This document shows, piece by piece, positions 37,698-47,733 of a stretch of DNA of 64,000 nucleotides (positions within the stretch are counted from its first letter, which is position 1; every line of letters begins with the position of its first letter). The DNA is taken from the IMG/VR virus record IMGVR_UViG_3300024239_000011, positions 434,001 to 498,000 of that record, one strand, 5' to 3'. The notes under the pieces were generated by a model. It ran no database searches and was not told the origin of the DNA. It saw nothing but the letters and a program-made list of their open reading frames with translations. The translations under genes and the position numbers were made by a program.

Positions 37698-38288
37698 TCA
37701 AGCAACCGGCCAAATATTTTTGCTGTATTCGTATATTTCTTTCCAGCCAGTTACAACGGTTGGACCCTCATGGGCTTCCATTGTATTGTATTCACGGTCA
37801 ATAAGGAATGCTTTATGCCCTAGCCGATGCCCTGCGTTCGCATGGCGCCACGTGTCTTCTACCCAGATTGTGGGGTCGTATTTAGACAACCAGTGTTCCT
37901 TGCTGTCATGTACACCAACCGTGTGGATATGATCGAAGATCGGACCAAAGCACGTTTCGAGGTTCTGCTTCCGCATCCGGTAGGTGATGTCAGCAGGACC
38001 GCAGGCAGTGATGGCGACAAATCGCCATCCATCCTCCACAAATTTCGGGATGTATTCCAGTGCATCGTCAAAGGGCGGTAGCGTGGAAAGTGCATCCCCG
38101 TCGTGAAATTCACTGATTATACGGGTGGCTTCGTCCGGATGAATGTCAAGCCAATCCTCGACGTGGTAATGGCTCGCCCAATCCTTGGTGATTGGGAGCT
38201 TGAGGACGTTTCGTACATAATCCTCAAAGGCTTTCTTCCAGTATAAAAGTACACCGTCTACATCCGTGAGAATAGTTCTCATTTGCAT
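37698..38288 (-). CDS. HAD-family 5'-nucleotidase-like hydrolase
   Basis: ILTDVDGVLL, FVAITA, WVED...A..G..LG. Confidence 0.85.
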   Translation of the reverse strand: MQMRTILTDVDGVLLYWKKAFEDYVRNVLKLPITKDWASHYHVEDWLDIHPDEATRIISEFHDGDALSTLPPFDDALEYIPKFVEDGWRFVAITACGPADITYRMRKQNLETCFGPIFDHIHTVGVHDSKEHWLSKYDPTIWVEDTWRHANAGHRLGHKAFLIDREYNTMEAHEGPTVVTGWKEIYEYSKNIWPVA

Positions 38289-38821
38289 TTCTTTGACGCC
38301 TGCGGGAGATCGTTGTATTCGCTCGTCCAATACGAGCCAAGTTGTTTTCGTGCCCAATCCATGACTTTGTGGCTATAATTCCATACGTAACCATGCTCAT
38401 ACGCCAACCCGAAGCCAACTTCCCACGCGGTGCCTTCTGCGGACATAGTAGACATGGTGTAGCCACGACCACGGAGAACGGTTGTAGACATGACATGATG
38501 CCCAAGTTCATGGAAGAATGCGGCTATTTCAATCTCTGGGTCGTCAAACTCACCCATGAAGATTTCGTTCCCTGCGCATGCAGCATGATTACGACCGCAA
38601 TTCTCGGTATCGCGATAAACGGTGACCTTGTAAAGCTTTGCAATCCGATTGATTTCTGGTGACAAATCGTTGGATACGGGTCCACGATATTTCTCACGAA
38701 ATCGCCATATTCCGGTCAGCCGGGTATGTACCATCGCCATTTTGTGATGGTATTCGCGCATCATATAACATAATGCCCGCAAATAATCAAAACCCGTTTT
38801 GTGATCTTCAGTTTTACTCAT
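38279..38821 (-). CDS. HExxH metallopeptidase-like protein
   Basis: FFHELGHH...E..AW. Confidence 0.6.
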   Translation of the reverse strand: MSKTEDHKTGFDYLRALCYMMREYHHKMAMVHTRLTGIWRFREKYRGPVSNDLSPEINRIAKLYKVTVYRDTENCGRNHAACAGNEIFMGEFDDPEIEIAAFFHELGHHVMSTTVLRGRGYTMSTMSAEGTAWEVGFGLAYEHGYVWNYSHKVMDWARKQLGSYWTSEYNDLPQASKKCK

Positions 38822-39314
38822 CCCATTTCAACCTATAAAGGGTGGCGTATTTTTTCTCTTTAAAAATGTAAAACTGCCGTTGTGGTTTATCGGCTTTGAA
38901 TTGATAGCGAATGTATTCAGTTTCGTTTAATGTCTCACGTTGCCAAGCCCATTCTTCATCAGTACATGGACCTGTGACTATGGCACACCCCGTCATATCG
39001 ATGATTTCTTCAATAACTTGAGCAAGGAATTCAGCTTGGCGTTGCCAATACCCGGCTAGTTCTTCATACTCTTCAGCTTTTTTAATAAATGTTTCCGCGT
39101 AATCGAGATCACCAGATTCGCTTTCCGCTTCTTTTATAAACCGATACAACGTCGCTTGGTCATCATCTGCATCGGCTTTGCAAACGGCGTTCTGGATGGT
39201 TCTAATCGCCCCCAGAAGGCGTCGTTTCTCGTAATCGGATGATGAAGGCTCCGCTGGTGCTTCAGCGGCAAATCCCGCCAAGACCTCTTTCAGCGAAGCC
39301 CCCATAATCTTCAC
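38814..39314 (-). CDS. Hypothetical protein with C-terminal ATLFxLxW domain
   Basis: YIFKEKKYATLYRLKWDE. Confidence 0.7.
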   Translation of the reverse strand: MKIMGASLKEVLAGFAAEAPAEPSSSDYEKRRLLGAIRTIQNAVCKADADDDQATLYRFIKEAESESGDLDYAETFIKKAEEYEELAGYWQRQAEFLAQVIEEIIDMTGCAIVTGPCTDEEWAWQRETLNETEYIRYQFKADKPQRQFYIFKEKKYATLYRLKWDE

Positions 39315-39724
39315 TCCGCAGCGACAACAGTTGCGCTGATGTCAGGCGATTGCTCGGACGACTCAAGCTCAATTCCATTGATCTTAATATCGTCTTCAAC
39401 AACATCCGGGACGCGACCATGCAGCATCATATACTGCATTACGACCTTTGATACCTGTTCCTTGTACTTGTCGATGTAGAAATCAACCAAATCCTTTTCC
39501 GGGACGGTATCGCCAACGCGGTTGCGCACCAGTTTCTTGCTCAGCAAGTCGATGATGAAGGTCGCGCTGATCATGACCTTGGATTTGATCTGAAGGTCGA
39601 ACGAAACCTGTTCGTTAACATTCATTTCACCCTTTTGCATCCAGTTCTTTTCCGCAGTGTTGGAGCCGGGTACCGGCGTGCGGGTGTGATGGACGATCAT
39701 ATATGGGCGCTTCTTGACGGTCAT
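39311..39724 (-). CDS. Hypothetical phage protein
   Basis: 137 aa operonic ORF. Confidence 0.7.
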   Translation of the reverse strand: MTVKKRPYMIVHHTRTPVPGSNTAEKNWMQKGEMNVNEQVSFDLQIKSKVMISATFIIDLLSKKLVRNRVGDTVPEKDLVDFYIDKYKEQVSKVVMQYMMLHGRVPDVVEDDIKINGIELESSEQSPDISATVVAAE

Positions 39725-39726
39725 TC

Positions 39727-40167
39727 TCAGTTCTCTCCAATGTCATGAAAAATCGTAGGACCGGCGATGTCGGGGTCCAGGGCAAAAGGAATCAACCACC
39801 GGAGGTTCGGTATCACCGGAGTTGACCATAGCGCCGTTACATCGATTATCGCAATTTCTTCGTCAGTTTTGTTTTCGAAGTCTTCGTAGATTGCGCTTAC
39901 AGTGCTAAAGCAGTGAACGCGGTACATTCGTTCTTCGCTCACAATCACCGCAAAGTGCTTCCAGTTCATCGGCTGGATATATAGCCCAGATTCCTCATTA
40001 CATTCTCGTACCATTGCTTCGATAGGTTCTTCGCCCTCTTCGATCTTCCCACCTATACCGTTGTAATGGTTTCGCTGCCACGCTGGTCGGTTTTTCTGTA
40101 TCAATAGCACTTTGGTGTGGTCTGGTGAAAAAACAAATCCCACCACGTATTGCTGTATATAAGACAT
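39727..40167 (-). CDS. NUDIX hydrolase
   Basis: GGKIEEGEEPIEAMVRECNEESGL Nudix box. Confidence 0.92.
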   Translation of the reverse strand: MSYIQQYVVGFVFSPDHTKVLLIQKNRPAWQRNHYNGIGGKIEEGEEPIEAMVRECNEESGLYIQPMNWKHFAVIVSEERMYRVHCFSTVSAIYEDFENKTDEEIAIIDVTALWSTPVIPNLRWLIPFALDPDIAGPTIFHDIGEN

Positions 40168-40234
40168 TGTTCACCTTCTATGTTATTTTTACTTCGCTAA
40201 ATACCACCGCTTCATGAATAATAGGTGGTGTTAA

Positions 40235-40786
40235 ATGGGAAAGAGGTCTGATTTTGAACGAGTTGAACGCGATTTCTATCCAAGCCCCTATGCTGCTGTT
40301 ATCCCGTTATTTCCGCACCTTGCTGCCGGTACTCACTTTGACGAGCCGTGTTGCGGCGATGGGGCACTAATCAAGCATCTTGAAAAGAACGGGCACGTTT
40401 GTTCGTTTTTCTCGGACATCGAGCCACAAATCGACGCGCCGCGCCTGGATGTATTTTCGCTGACCGAATGTCGCGGCGATGTGTTCATTACCAATCCCCC
40501 ATGGGATCGCAAAATTCTTCACCCTCTCATCGATCACCTGACCAATTTGGCCCCAACTTGGCTCTTGTTTGATGCGGATTGGGCACATACCGTTCAGTCT
40601 GGTCCCTACATGCAATATTGCCGTAAGATCGTAAGTATCGGTCGCGTCAAGTGGATTGAAGACTCAAAGATGACCGGAAAGGATAATGCCTGTTGGTACC
40701 TCTTCGATAAGAAAGCAGACGGACCAACTGTGTTTTACGGTCGAAAAACCGACCAGTCCTTGAATTCAGCGTTGTTTCAGTTTTGA
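40235..40786 (+). CDS. Amino-DNA methyltransferase (probably N6-adenine)
   Basis: DFYPSP, EPCCGDG (motif I), ITNPPW (motif IV). Confidence 0.85.
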   Translation: MGKRSDFERVERDFYPSPYAAVIPLFPHLAAGTHFDEPCCGDGALIKHLEKNGHVCSFFSDIEPQIDAPRLDVFSLTECRGDVFITNPPWDRKILHPLIDHLTNLAPTWLLFDADWAHTVQSGPYMQYCRKIVSIGRVKWIEDSKMTGKDNACWYLFDKKADGPTVFYGRKTDQSLNSALFQF

Positions 40787-41763
40787 TAGCGCCACCCATA
40801 GCCTCCGGTGGATTTGCGTTTGCCTTTGCATACTGCGGCGATGTTCGCTCCATTGAGCATGTTCATCGCCGCTGCCGCCGACGCAATGCATTCAAAGGAT
40901 TCTAGAACTTCGCCGGTCACCAAATCAATTTTCTCCACCGGGCGCATCTGATCGCGGTTTCCTTCACGGATTCGCTGTTTGTGATCGTCAGACAATTGGC
41001 GGGCATCTTTAGTTGGTTCGGTGACATATCGCCAGCCGAAACCTCCGTGAGTCTTAGATGGTCCCCCTTTGCACACTCGACTAATGCTTGCTGCTTGCAA
41101 ATCTAACGTTTTTGCTGCCTCGCTAATCGACTGAAATACCCGAATAAGCGTTCTATAGTCCGGGGTAAATTGTTGAACAGCAAGCCATTGATGGGAATTT
41201 GCAAGCCTTCTCTTTTCAACCACGTCTTGCGGTTGTTTCTTTCCCCAACGATGACTTTCTTGCCCTCGTTTATGGGGGTTATTTTGCTTCCAAAACTCAG
41301 ACCGAGTTTCTTTTTGTTCATCCGACATTTGCTTACCAAACATTGGGTTTTTGTCCCCAAGTTTCGCTTGGCGAATGTGGTCGGCGTGCGTGTCAGATTT
41401 TTTCTTCCCTTTAAGGGATTTGCTGAGATTTTGACGGTGTAGGGCGGTGGCAATGTACCCATAGGTACCTTCACCACCGTCCGTCATATTCATCCCGATA
41501 CCAGTTGGATACCGAACCATGTTGGTTTGGTATTCTTCTATAAGCATGATCTCTTTCATCATTGCTTCTTCTGGCGACCCATACGAGGCAACTTCGACCA
41601 TGACAAAGTTCTCTCTGCCGTATTTCTGGATGCAATTTTGGAGATAGCAGTTTTTCTTGTCACCACGACAGTGACGTTCAAACCGCTTCTCCAAAGGTTG
41701 CCGTGTCCAGCCAAAGTATACTTTGCCGGTTATTGTGCATGTGATCTTGTAGACTGTGTTCAT
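40777..41763 (-). mobile_element. Free-standing GIY-YIG homing endonuclease (NUMOD3 plus two NUMOD1)
   Basis: VYKITC...VYFG.T, GMNMTDGGEG, KNPMFGK; two F.SI.EAA...I..VCKG....GG.GWRY repeats. Confidence 0.9.
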
Positions 41764-41811
41764 AGTGATGTCTCTGACTTTGGTTACTCCATCACTATTT
41801 ATAAAACAGCC

Positions 41812-42972
41812 TTAATATGCCCGACATATGGTCAATTTCTTTGCTGCGCGGGTTATAGCAGTGTATGCCCATTCGGCTCTTATGGACGAATCCCACATAC
41901 CAAATCCGTCGTCGTAGATGAATACTTCCTCCCATTGTGATCCCTGCGATTTGTGACAAGTTACGGCAAAACCGTAATCGAACAGTTGTATTGTCCGACT
42001 TCTTAACTCGTCCATCACTTCTTTGTCTGTTCGCTTACGCGAATAGTCAATGAAAGCGCCGGTACCGATCTCCAAGTCCTCAAGTACGGTTTGGTCTTCA
42101 TCCACCACGGACTGAAGGATGAATTTGCCATTCTTGCTGATGTAGGGTTTCTCACCAGCAGTCCAGAAAGTCATACCGTTGAGAAGACCTAAATTGTGTC
42201 GATTGCGAAGGCATATGAGCTTGATCCCCTGTTTAAGAGGATAAGCATCCGTGAAACCATGGGCATCCTTGATTTCTTTGTTGAGCATGCGCCGGGTGTC
42301 GTTCTTACCCGTGATGATCTGCTCGGCATTCAGGAGGTGATTGAAATCCAGCGTGGTGCTGTTGATATCGACCACCCGTACACCATCGCCGTAGTCGCCC
42401 AGCGGGATCGTCTTCTTCTCTCGCGCCCACGTTGCCAGTTTGATAATTGGCGAATCCGCAGCTTGACGATGCACTTCGGTGAGGAAGTGATCAGGGGTTT
42501 GGCGCGTGAAGGCGCCCTCGCCCTTGATGGGACGAATCTGCCCCGGATCACCCAGGACAAGAATTTTGACTCCAAACGACTTCAAGTCGTTCGCCATGTT
42601 GTCATCAATCATCGAGCATTCGTCCAGCACCACCAGCTTGGTGCTACGAAGCATGCTATCCTTGTTCAGGCGAAACTTGATATGCCCATGTTCGTCCTCA
42701 TACGGCTGGTAGATCATGCGGTGAATGGTCGTGCTGGTAATCAATCCGTTCTTTCGCATGACCAGCGCCGCTTTGCCGGTATACGCACCGAACATCACAT
42801 CCAGATCGCTTGCAATTGACAGTCCGAGAGCGTCAATGGCGTACTGGGTGATCGTGGTTTTACCGGTACCAGCATAGCCCGCCAGATAGAAAACCTGATT
42901 ATCACCTTGCCTGAACCACTGGATGATCTTGCGGATACCTTCGTTCTGTTGTTCTGTAGGTTTGAAATCCAC
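41812..42972 (-). CDS. Dda/RecD-like SF1B DNA helicase
   Basis: GYAGTGKT, AYTGKAA, LDECSM, GDPGQI, LTEVHRQ, TCHKSQGSQW, YTAITRA. Confidence 0.92.
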   Translation of the reverse strand: MDFKPTEQQNEGIRKIIQWFRQGDNQVFYLAGYAGTGKTTITQYAIDALGLSIASDLDVMFGAYTGKAALVMRKNGLITSTTIHRMIYQPYEDEHGHIKFRLNKDSMLRSTKLVVLDECSMIDDNMANDLKSFGVKILVLGDPGQIRPIKGEGAFTRQTPDHFLTEVHRQAADSPIIKLATWAREKKTIPLGDYGDGVRVVDINSTTLDFNHLLNAEQIITGKNDTRRMLNKEIKDAHGFTDAYPLKQGIKLICLRNRHNLGLLNGMTFWTAGEKPYISKNGKFILQSVVDEDQTVLEDLEIGTGAFIDYSRKRTDKEVMDELRSRTIQLFDYGFAVTCHKSQGSQWEEVFIYDDGFGMWDSSIRAEWAYTAITRAAKKLTICRAY

Positions 42973-43320
42973 TTAGGTAATCCTTTGTCCGGTGACGATT
43001 CGCTCCCGTGGGGGGAGCGAATCGACGTGCGCTTCAAAAAGGCGCATTTGTTCTTCTGTCGGGAAATAGATTTCGATGAACCACTTATGCTCGAAGCACT
43101 TGATCCAACCTGGGCAATGTTCATCGAGCCATGGATGTAGTTCATCACGAACATTTTTTTCCGGTAGCCGCCAATGAAGACCCCAAGATAAACCCACCAC
43201 TTTATCAAAAAACGACGGGTCGTCTTGTACATCCACGCGAATGACAAAGCCATCCGTTTTGCCTTCAAGTGCGACGTATCGCAGTTCTGGAAACCATACT
43301 GGTCCAAACCGCATTCTCAT
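42973..43320 (-). CDS. Hypothetical protein
   Basis: Probable start MRMRFG overlapping the upstream stop; WLDEHC...IYFPTEEQMRLF distantly resembles the ATLF family. Confidence 0.55.
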   Translation of the reverse strand: MRMRFGPVWFPELRYVALEGKTDGFVIRVDVQDDPSFFDKVVGLSWGLHWRLPEKNVRDELHPWLDEHCPGWIKCFEHKWFIEIYFPTEEQMRLFEAHVDSLPPRERIVTGQRIT

Positions 43321-43625
43321 CCTCGACACCTTTCCATGTATTTCCACATGGTACGGACACGAACGTTTCGTAGGAAGCTCTCGATGACTTCCGGTTCCCC
43401 GTCCATTGTGGTTTTGATTTTTTCTTTCTTGAACATGCGGTCGATTACGTCTTCGGGACACCGAAGACGTATCATCCAGTCTTCGATTTTGACTGGCTCC
43501 CCTGCTTGCTGTTTTCGTTTATTCACGCAAAGATCGGCAATCTGATCGGAAAAACGCTCTACTTCTTGAGCGAGATTTACTTCTCGATCACCGATTTTTG
43601 TATTGATGGTAGTAAGATCGATCAT
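43317..43625 (-). CDS. Hypothetical protein
   Basis: Operonic ORF after the clamp loader. Confidence 0.6.
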   Translation of the reverse strand: MIDLTTINTKIGDREVNLAQEVERFSDQIADLCVNKRKQQAGEPVKIEDWMIRLRCPEDVIDRMFKKEKIKTTMDGEPEVIESFLRNVRVRTMWKYMERCRG

Positions 43626-43627
43626 GC

Positions 43628-44578
43628 TTACCCCCGACGAATTTTTGCCAAAGATACAATCGTGGCGCTCAAATTTATTTCTGGATCGCAGACCAATGCA
43701 TGTTTATAAAGCCCGTCACGGATCACCAGAATTGCTTCATCCTGCTGTTCCAGTTTGTCGCCCCACCAATCTAGATTACGGTAGAACATGGTGTATAGTT
43801 CCTCGTATTCATCGGCTTTGGCCTGCTCCACAATCATCTTGCGGGCTTCCGTGATCTTCCCCTTCTTGAAGAGATCAATAGCGGCAACTTTGTAATCTTG
43901 TGATCCAGAAGTATCACTGGAATTGGGCTTGACGAGTCTGCCATCAATGACATTGTTTTGAACATCGTTGATGCATTTGCGCAGATCGGGATACGCCGCT
44001 TGAACAAAGGTGTTCAAGATGTCCACGTCTTCAGCCGTCGCAATAGCGACACCTTCAGCCTGAAGAATGGTAATCATACGCATAAGGAATTCTTCGAAAT
44101 CCAACTTCTCGATATGGAATCGTTGACAACGGCTATTTGAAAGTGCCGGAATGATTTTTTGGGGATAATTACACGTGAGAATGAAGCGGCAATTGTTGTG
44201 ATATTGCTCGGTGACACCACGTAGTACCGCCTGGGCGCTCAGCGACAGGTAATCCGCTTCGTCCAGCACGACGTACTTGAAGTCGTAATCACCAAACGGC
44301 ATTGTCGAGGCAAAGTTCACGACTTTTTCGCGGATGGTATCGACATTGTTTTCCTGAGATGCATTGATCTTCAGAATGTCGCCATTTTTGACGCCCAATT
44401 CATTGAGCAGCACATAAGCAAGGCTGGTTTTTCCGACGCCTTGAGTGCCCGACAAGAGCAAATGGGGTAGGGCGCCATCTTTGACCCAATCAAAGCACTT
44501 ACGTTTCTGATCGCTATCACGGAATACATATTCGGACAGTTTCTTCGGGCGGTATTTTTCAGTCCAAAGTTCGCGCAT
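43628..44578 (-). CDS. Clamp loader AAA+ subunit (T4 gp44/RFC-small-like)
   Basis: WTEKYRP, PHLLLSG..GVGKTS, INAS, VVLDEADYL..AQ..LR, FILTCNYP.KII, SRC. Confidence 0.93.
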   Translation of the reverse strand: MRELWTEKYRPKKLSEYVFRDSDQKRKCFDWVKDGALPHLLLSGTQGVGKTSLAYVLLNELGVKNGDILKINASQENNVDTIREKVVNFASTMPFGDYDFKYVVLDEADYLSLSAQAVLRGVTEQYHNNCRFILTCNYPQKIIPALSNSRCQRFHIEKLDFEEFLMRMITILQAEGVAIATAEDVDILNTFVQAAYPDLRKCINDVQNNVIDGRLVKPNSSDTSGSQDYKVAAIDLFKKGKITEARKMIVEQAKADEYEELYTMFYRNLDWWGDKLEQQDEAILVIRDGLYKHALVCDPEINLSATIVSLAKIRRG

Positions 44579-44717
44579 AACCCAAATTTCTCCTTCTGTT
44601 CTGCCAGGACGATAGCAGAACGCCTCGATAGGGGTCAATTTACGGCGTCGAGGGGAGAATGGTCAATTTAAGAGAAATAAAGCCGCCAGCGAAGTAATCG
44701 TGGCGGCTTTACATGGA

Positions 44718-45324
44718 TTAAGCAGTAATGGGACGCGGTGTTCGCGCTCGTACTATATGAGCGGTGACAATTCCCGCTAACATACCACAAAGATGACCTT
44801 CCCATGAGATACCGGGTTGACCCGGTAGGACACCGAAGATGATCGTTCCGTAGTAAAATACAACACCAATGGTGGTTATTATGGCAAGGGCAGATCGTTC
44901 CGTAGTAAAATACAACACCAATGGTGGTTATTATGGCAAGGGCAGATCGTTCCGTGAAAGCCAGCGCCAGTACGTAGCCGAACAGTCCGAAAATTAAGCC
45001 ACTGGCGCCGATGTGGACGCTATGGGGGTTTCCCAAGACCCACGTTCCCAATCCACCCATGAAGATAACCAGCATAGATACCATCAAGAACCGGAACATC
45101 CCGCGAGCAGCGACCAGACACCCAAGGATGAACATAGGACCGGTATTACTGATTAAATGTCCACGCCCGCCGTGCAGGAAAGGTGAAGCGAAGATTCCCG
45201 GAAAAGGATTTGAAGAACCCGGTTTGATACCATATTGGTCAAGCCGGTGTCCCATGCCCTGGTTAATGAACTCGATTATCCATATCGCGGCAATGAACAG
45301 GACAACCGGCGCAAAACGTTTCAT
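44718..45324 (-). pseudogene. Rhomboid intramembrane protease, frameshifted
   Basis: PFLHGG..HL.SN and HIGASG in one frame, ISWEGHL.G in another, separated by a 52 bp tandem duplication. Confidence 0.85.
44841..44955. repeat. 52 bp perfect tandem duplication plus 11 bp terminal microhomology
   Basis: 44841-44892 equals 44893-44944; GATCGTTCCGT recurs at 44945-44955. Confidence 0.95.
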
Positions 45325-45369
45325 TCTTTGTCCTCGACTTGAATTTACACCAGTTTCGGTTTAAGCCTT

Positions 45370-45843
45370 TTAGGGAAGGATGTAAACCACTGGCTGAATG
45401 TCAGTGAACGAAGTTTCGATGATCTCAGCGATCACTTCCCATTTCCCGCCCCCTCGGTCGGCACCAATAAGGGGCATGCCGACGCGGGTTCCCATGGTAC
45501 CTCCGGTTGCGGTATTGACCGCTACCATGTCAGCGTTAATTTTTGCAAAGCAGTCTGCCAGGGCGTCATAGCTGACGTATCGCTTCCCATCATACCCATA
45601 GAATTGCTGGGTAATGCAATTTGCAATCATCTTCGAACCGCAATCTGCCCATATTACTTGTCCGAGGTGCAGAACATTACCTTGATCAATGTACGTTTTG
45701 CGGTATTCGGTGAAAGCTGGGGGAAAATGGTTTTTAATAGCTAAAGCGACCCCTGACCCTTGCACCCCCATGGAATTGCAACCATGTAAAATGCAATATT
45801 CCTCTGCGCGTAACAAATCACCTTCAATATATTCGATTTTCAT
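45370..45843 (-). CDS. Macro domain protein (ADP-ribose processing)
   Basis: IEYIEGDLL, HGCN..G..GSGVA.AI, MPLIGA..GGG.W. Confidence 0.88.
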   Translation of the reverse strand: MKIEYIEGDLLRAEEYCILHGCNSMGVQGSGVALAIKNHFPPAFTEYRKTYIDQGNVLHLGQVIWADCGSKMIANCITQQFYGYDGKRYVSYDALADCFAKINADMVAVNTATGGTMGTRVGMPLIGADRGGGKWEVIAEIIETSFTDIQPVVYILP

Positions 45844-46259
45844 GCCCATAACCTGAATAGAGTGGCATCGCGTTTGTTGTCGAATGCCACTATGGTGTGC
45901 CGTGTCATGGGACCGCCGGTCGCCGGGGCATAGGCGACAACGGCAATTTCGGCAGTGCCGGTGATTCGTACATCCAACCATGCCCTGAAAGCGTCGGTGC
46001 GGTCTTCCATGCCGTCAACTGTAACATAGGTGGATGGTTCAAACGAAAAAAGAAATGGGGTGATCCGGGCAAGCATAACTTTGACCGTATCAATGTTAGG
46101 GAAGTATTTGTATGTATAGGATGTTGTACTGATGTCTGGTACAAGACCAGTCAAGCCGAGGTCGCGTAGCAAAATACGACGACACTCGGCTTGAAAATCT
46201 AGAGCTTGCTGGGGAACCCAAGCAGGATTTCTTGGGAGATACAGGCGGTACTCAGTCAC
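45840..46259 (-). CDS. ATLFxLxW family protein
   Basis: FRAWLD...VAFDNKRDATLFRLWA. Confidence 0.65.
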   Translation of the reverse strand: MTEYRLYLPRNPAWVPQQALDFQAECRRILLRDLGLTGLVPDISTTSYTYKYFPNIDTVKVMLARITPFLFSFEPSTYVTVDGMEDRTDAFRAWLDVRITGTAEIAVVAYAPATGGPMTRHTIVAFDNKRDATLFRLWA

Positions 46260-46579
46260 ACACCCTCGGGATTTTCGTCCGCCACAACCAATACGCCTTC
46301 CGGATACTTGATGCGTTGGATGTCTTTTTCACCCTCGGAAGTCTGAACTTTGACCCGGTAGGTCCACTGACCATGTTCAACCAAAACCCAGTTACCGGGA
46401 TGAATATCTGTTATATTCGCCCCTACCGCATAGACCTTGGCCCAACGTGGTCTAACACCCGTATCACGACCATTATCATCCAAACGGATAATGCCATTGA
46501 CCAGTTTTTCACCCACATCCATATTCTCGACTAGAACATGGTTGCGCAGTGGGGTAACGTCACCAGAAATGGTTTGCAT
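46256..46579 (-). CDS. GroES-like co-chaperonin
   Basis: PLRNHVLV...GII...AKVYAVG...I.PG.WVLV. Confidence 0.85.
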   Translation of the reverse strand: MQTISGDVTPLRNHVLVENMDVGEKLVNGIIRLDDNGRDTGVRPRWAKVYAVGANITDIHPGNWVLVEHGQWTYRVKVQTSEGEKDIQRIKYPEGVLVVADENPEGV

Positions 46580-47103
46580 TAGTCCTTCTCCACTATTTTT
46601 CTAGTGCGAGCAGGTTTACGCACGGTTTCCTGCTCGTCAAACTCATCCTCTATATCAGAGGTCAGGGGGTCGCGTGCAATTTTATTCTGCTGGGCAAATT
46701 GTTCAACAAGTTCTGCTTGCCGTGCGAGTTGAGCCGCACGGGTTTCTGCGAAGATTTGTTCAGGTGTTTTGAATTCAATATCCGGTGCATTCTGTTGTTG
46801 ATTACGAAAGAAATTTGGATCAGCCGCATAAACACGCGATCCATCGGCAACCAATGGGGCATCCGGAATTGCAAGCATCTGCTCACGTTCGCGCAAATTA
46901 ACATGGCGAACAGACCGGGCATTACTTCGATGATATTCTTCCGCAATTTGCTCACGAGAATGGACAACCTCACCGCCACGCCCGATAATATCACCGCGTG
47001 CATTCATCCGAGCATTGCCGAGCGCAGGTTCCTTTGCGTTCTGGGTACGTAACGTATCTATGTCAATCGGAATACCGCGCATGGTACGATGAACAATTTT
47101 CAT
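46579..47103 (-). CDS. Hypothetical phage protein
   Basis: RTMRG..ID...L...N....ALGN..MNARGD.IG.GG; TATAAATA upstream. Confidence 0.75.
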   Translation of the reverse strand: MKIVHRTMRGIPIDIDTLRTQNAKEPALGNARMNARGDIIGRGGEVVHSREQIAEEYHRSNARSVRHVNLREREQMLAIPDAPLVADGSRVYAADPNFFRNQQQNAPDIEFKTPEQIFAETRAAQLARQAELVEQFAQQNKIARDPLTSDIEDEFDEQETVRKPARTRKIVEKD

Positions 47104-47175
47104 TCTATAACTCCCGCTAATCTGATACCAGATGTCCTTATTTATATTCTGGAAATAGCAGGTTTTATACTTATA

Positions 47176-47733
47176 CTACTTAAGGAATTCGTGGATATCT
47201 AAATCATAGCGGAGTGAGTTGATTTTATGCACGCCGATGAGAAATAGAACATACGATGCAACCGAACTACCACGACCAACACCCCAAACTATGTTGTTCT
47301 TGCGCAAGGTATCCACAAGATAGATCATGAGGCGCAGAAGATCAGTTAAGTCGCGTTCCTCATACATAGTCATTTCTTCGTGAACACGAATACGTTCACT
47401 ATCAGTTTTGCACCGTGACAAAACATACTCGCGGACATTGATGCTGCGGTAAGGTTCTGGGGTAAACCATTCAAGCCGCTCGATGGGTTTATCCATCGAC
47501 GGATCGTAGATATTCAATGGACGATAAACATTGTTATGAAGTCGTGCGAACTGATTGAATAATTCCGCATCGCTGGAATGTTCAACGGTCAGCCCTTCGA
47601 TATTTGCATTCCCTGAGTACATCAGATCGAAAAGACCGGAACCGTCAAAAACAACGGTTCCGGTATCGGTTACGTGGCGACCTTTAAGTGTCAGCATTGT
47701 TCTCAGATCAGTCGTCTTTTTTCGTCCCGTCAA
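47176..47733 (-). CDS. DNA polymerase III alpha (DnaE)-like fragment
   Basis: R...EM...VD.LR...IVWGVGRGSSVASYVLFLIGVHKINSLRYDL...F. Confidence 0.8.
   Translation of the reverse strand: MTGRKKTTDLRTMLTLKGRHVTDTGTVVFDGSGLFDLMYSGNANIEGLTVEHSSDAELFNQFARLHNNVYRPLNIYDPSMDKPIERLEWFTPEPYRSINVREYVLSRCKTDSERIRVHEEMTMYEERDLTDLLRLMIYLVDTLRKNNIVWGVGRGSSVASYVLFLIGVHKINSLRYDLDIHEFLK

Noticed and set aside
44841-44955. CRISPR-like repeat
   Set aside because: Contiguous duplication without spacers, inside a coding sequence; no cas genes.
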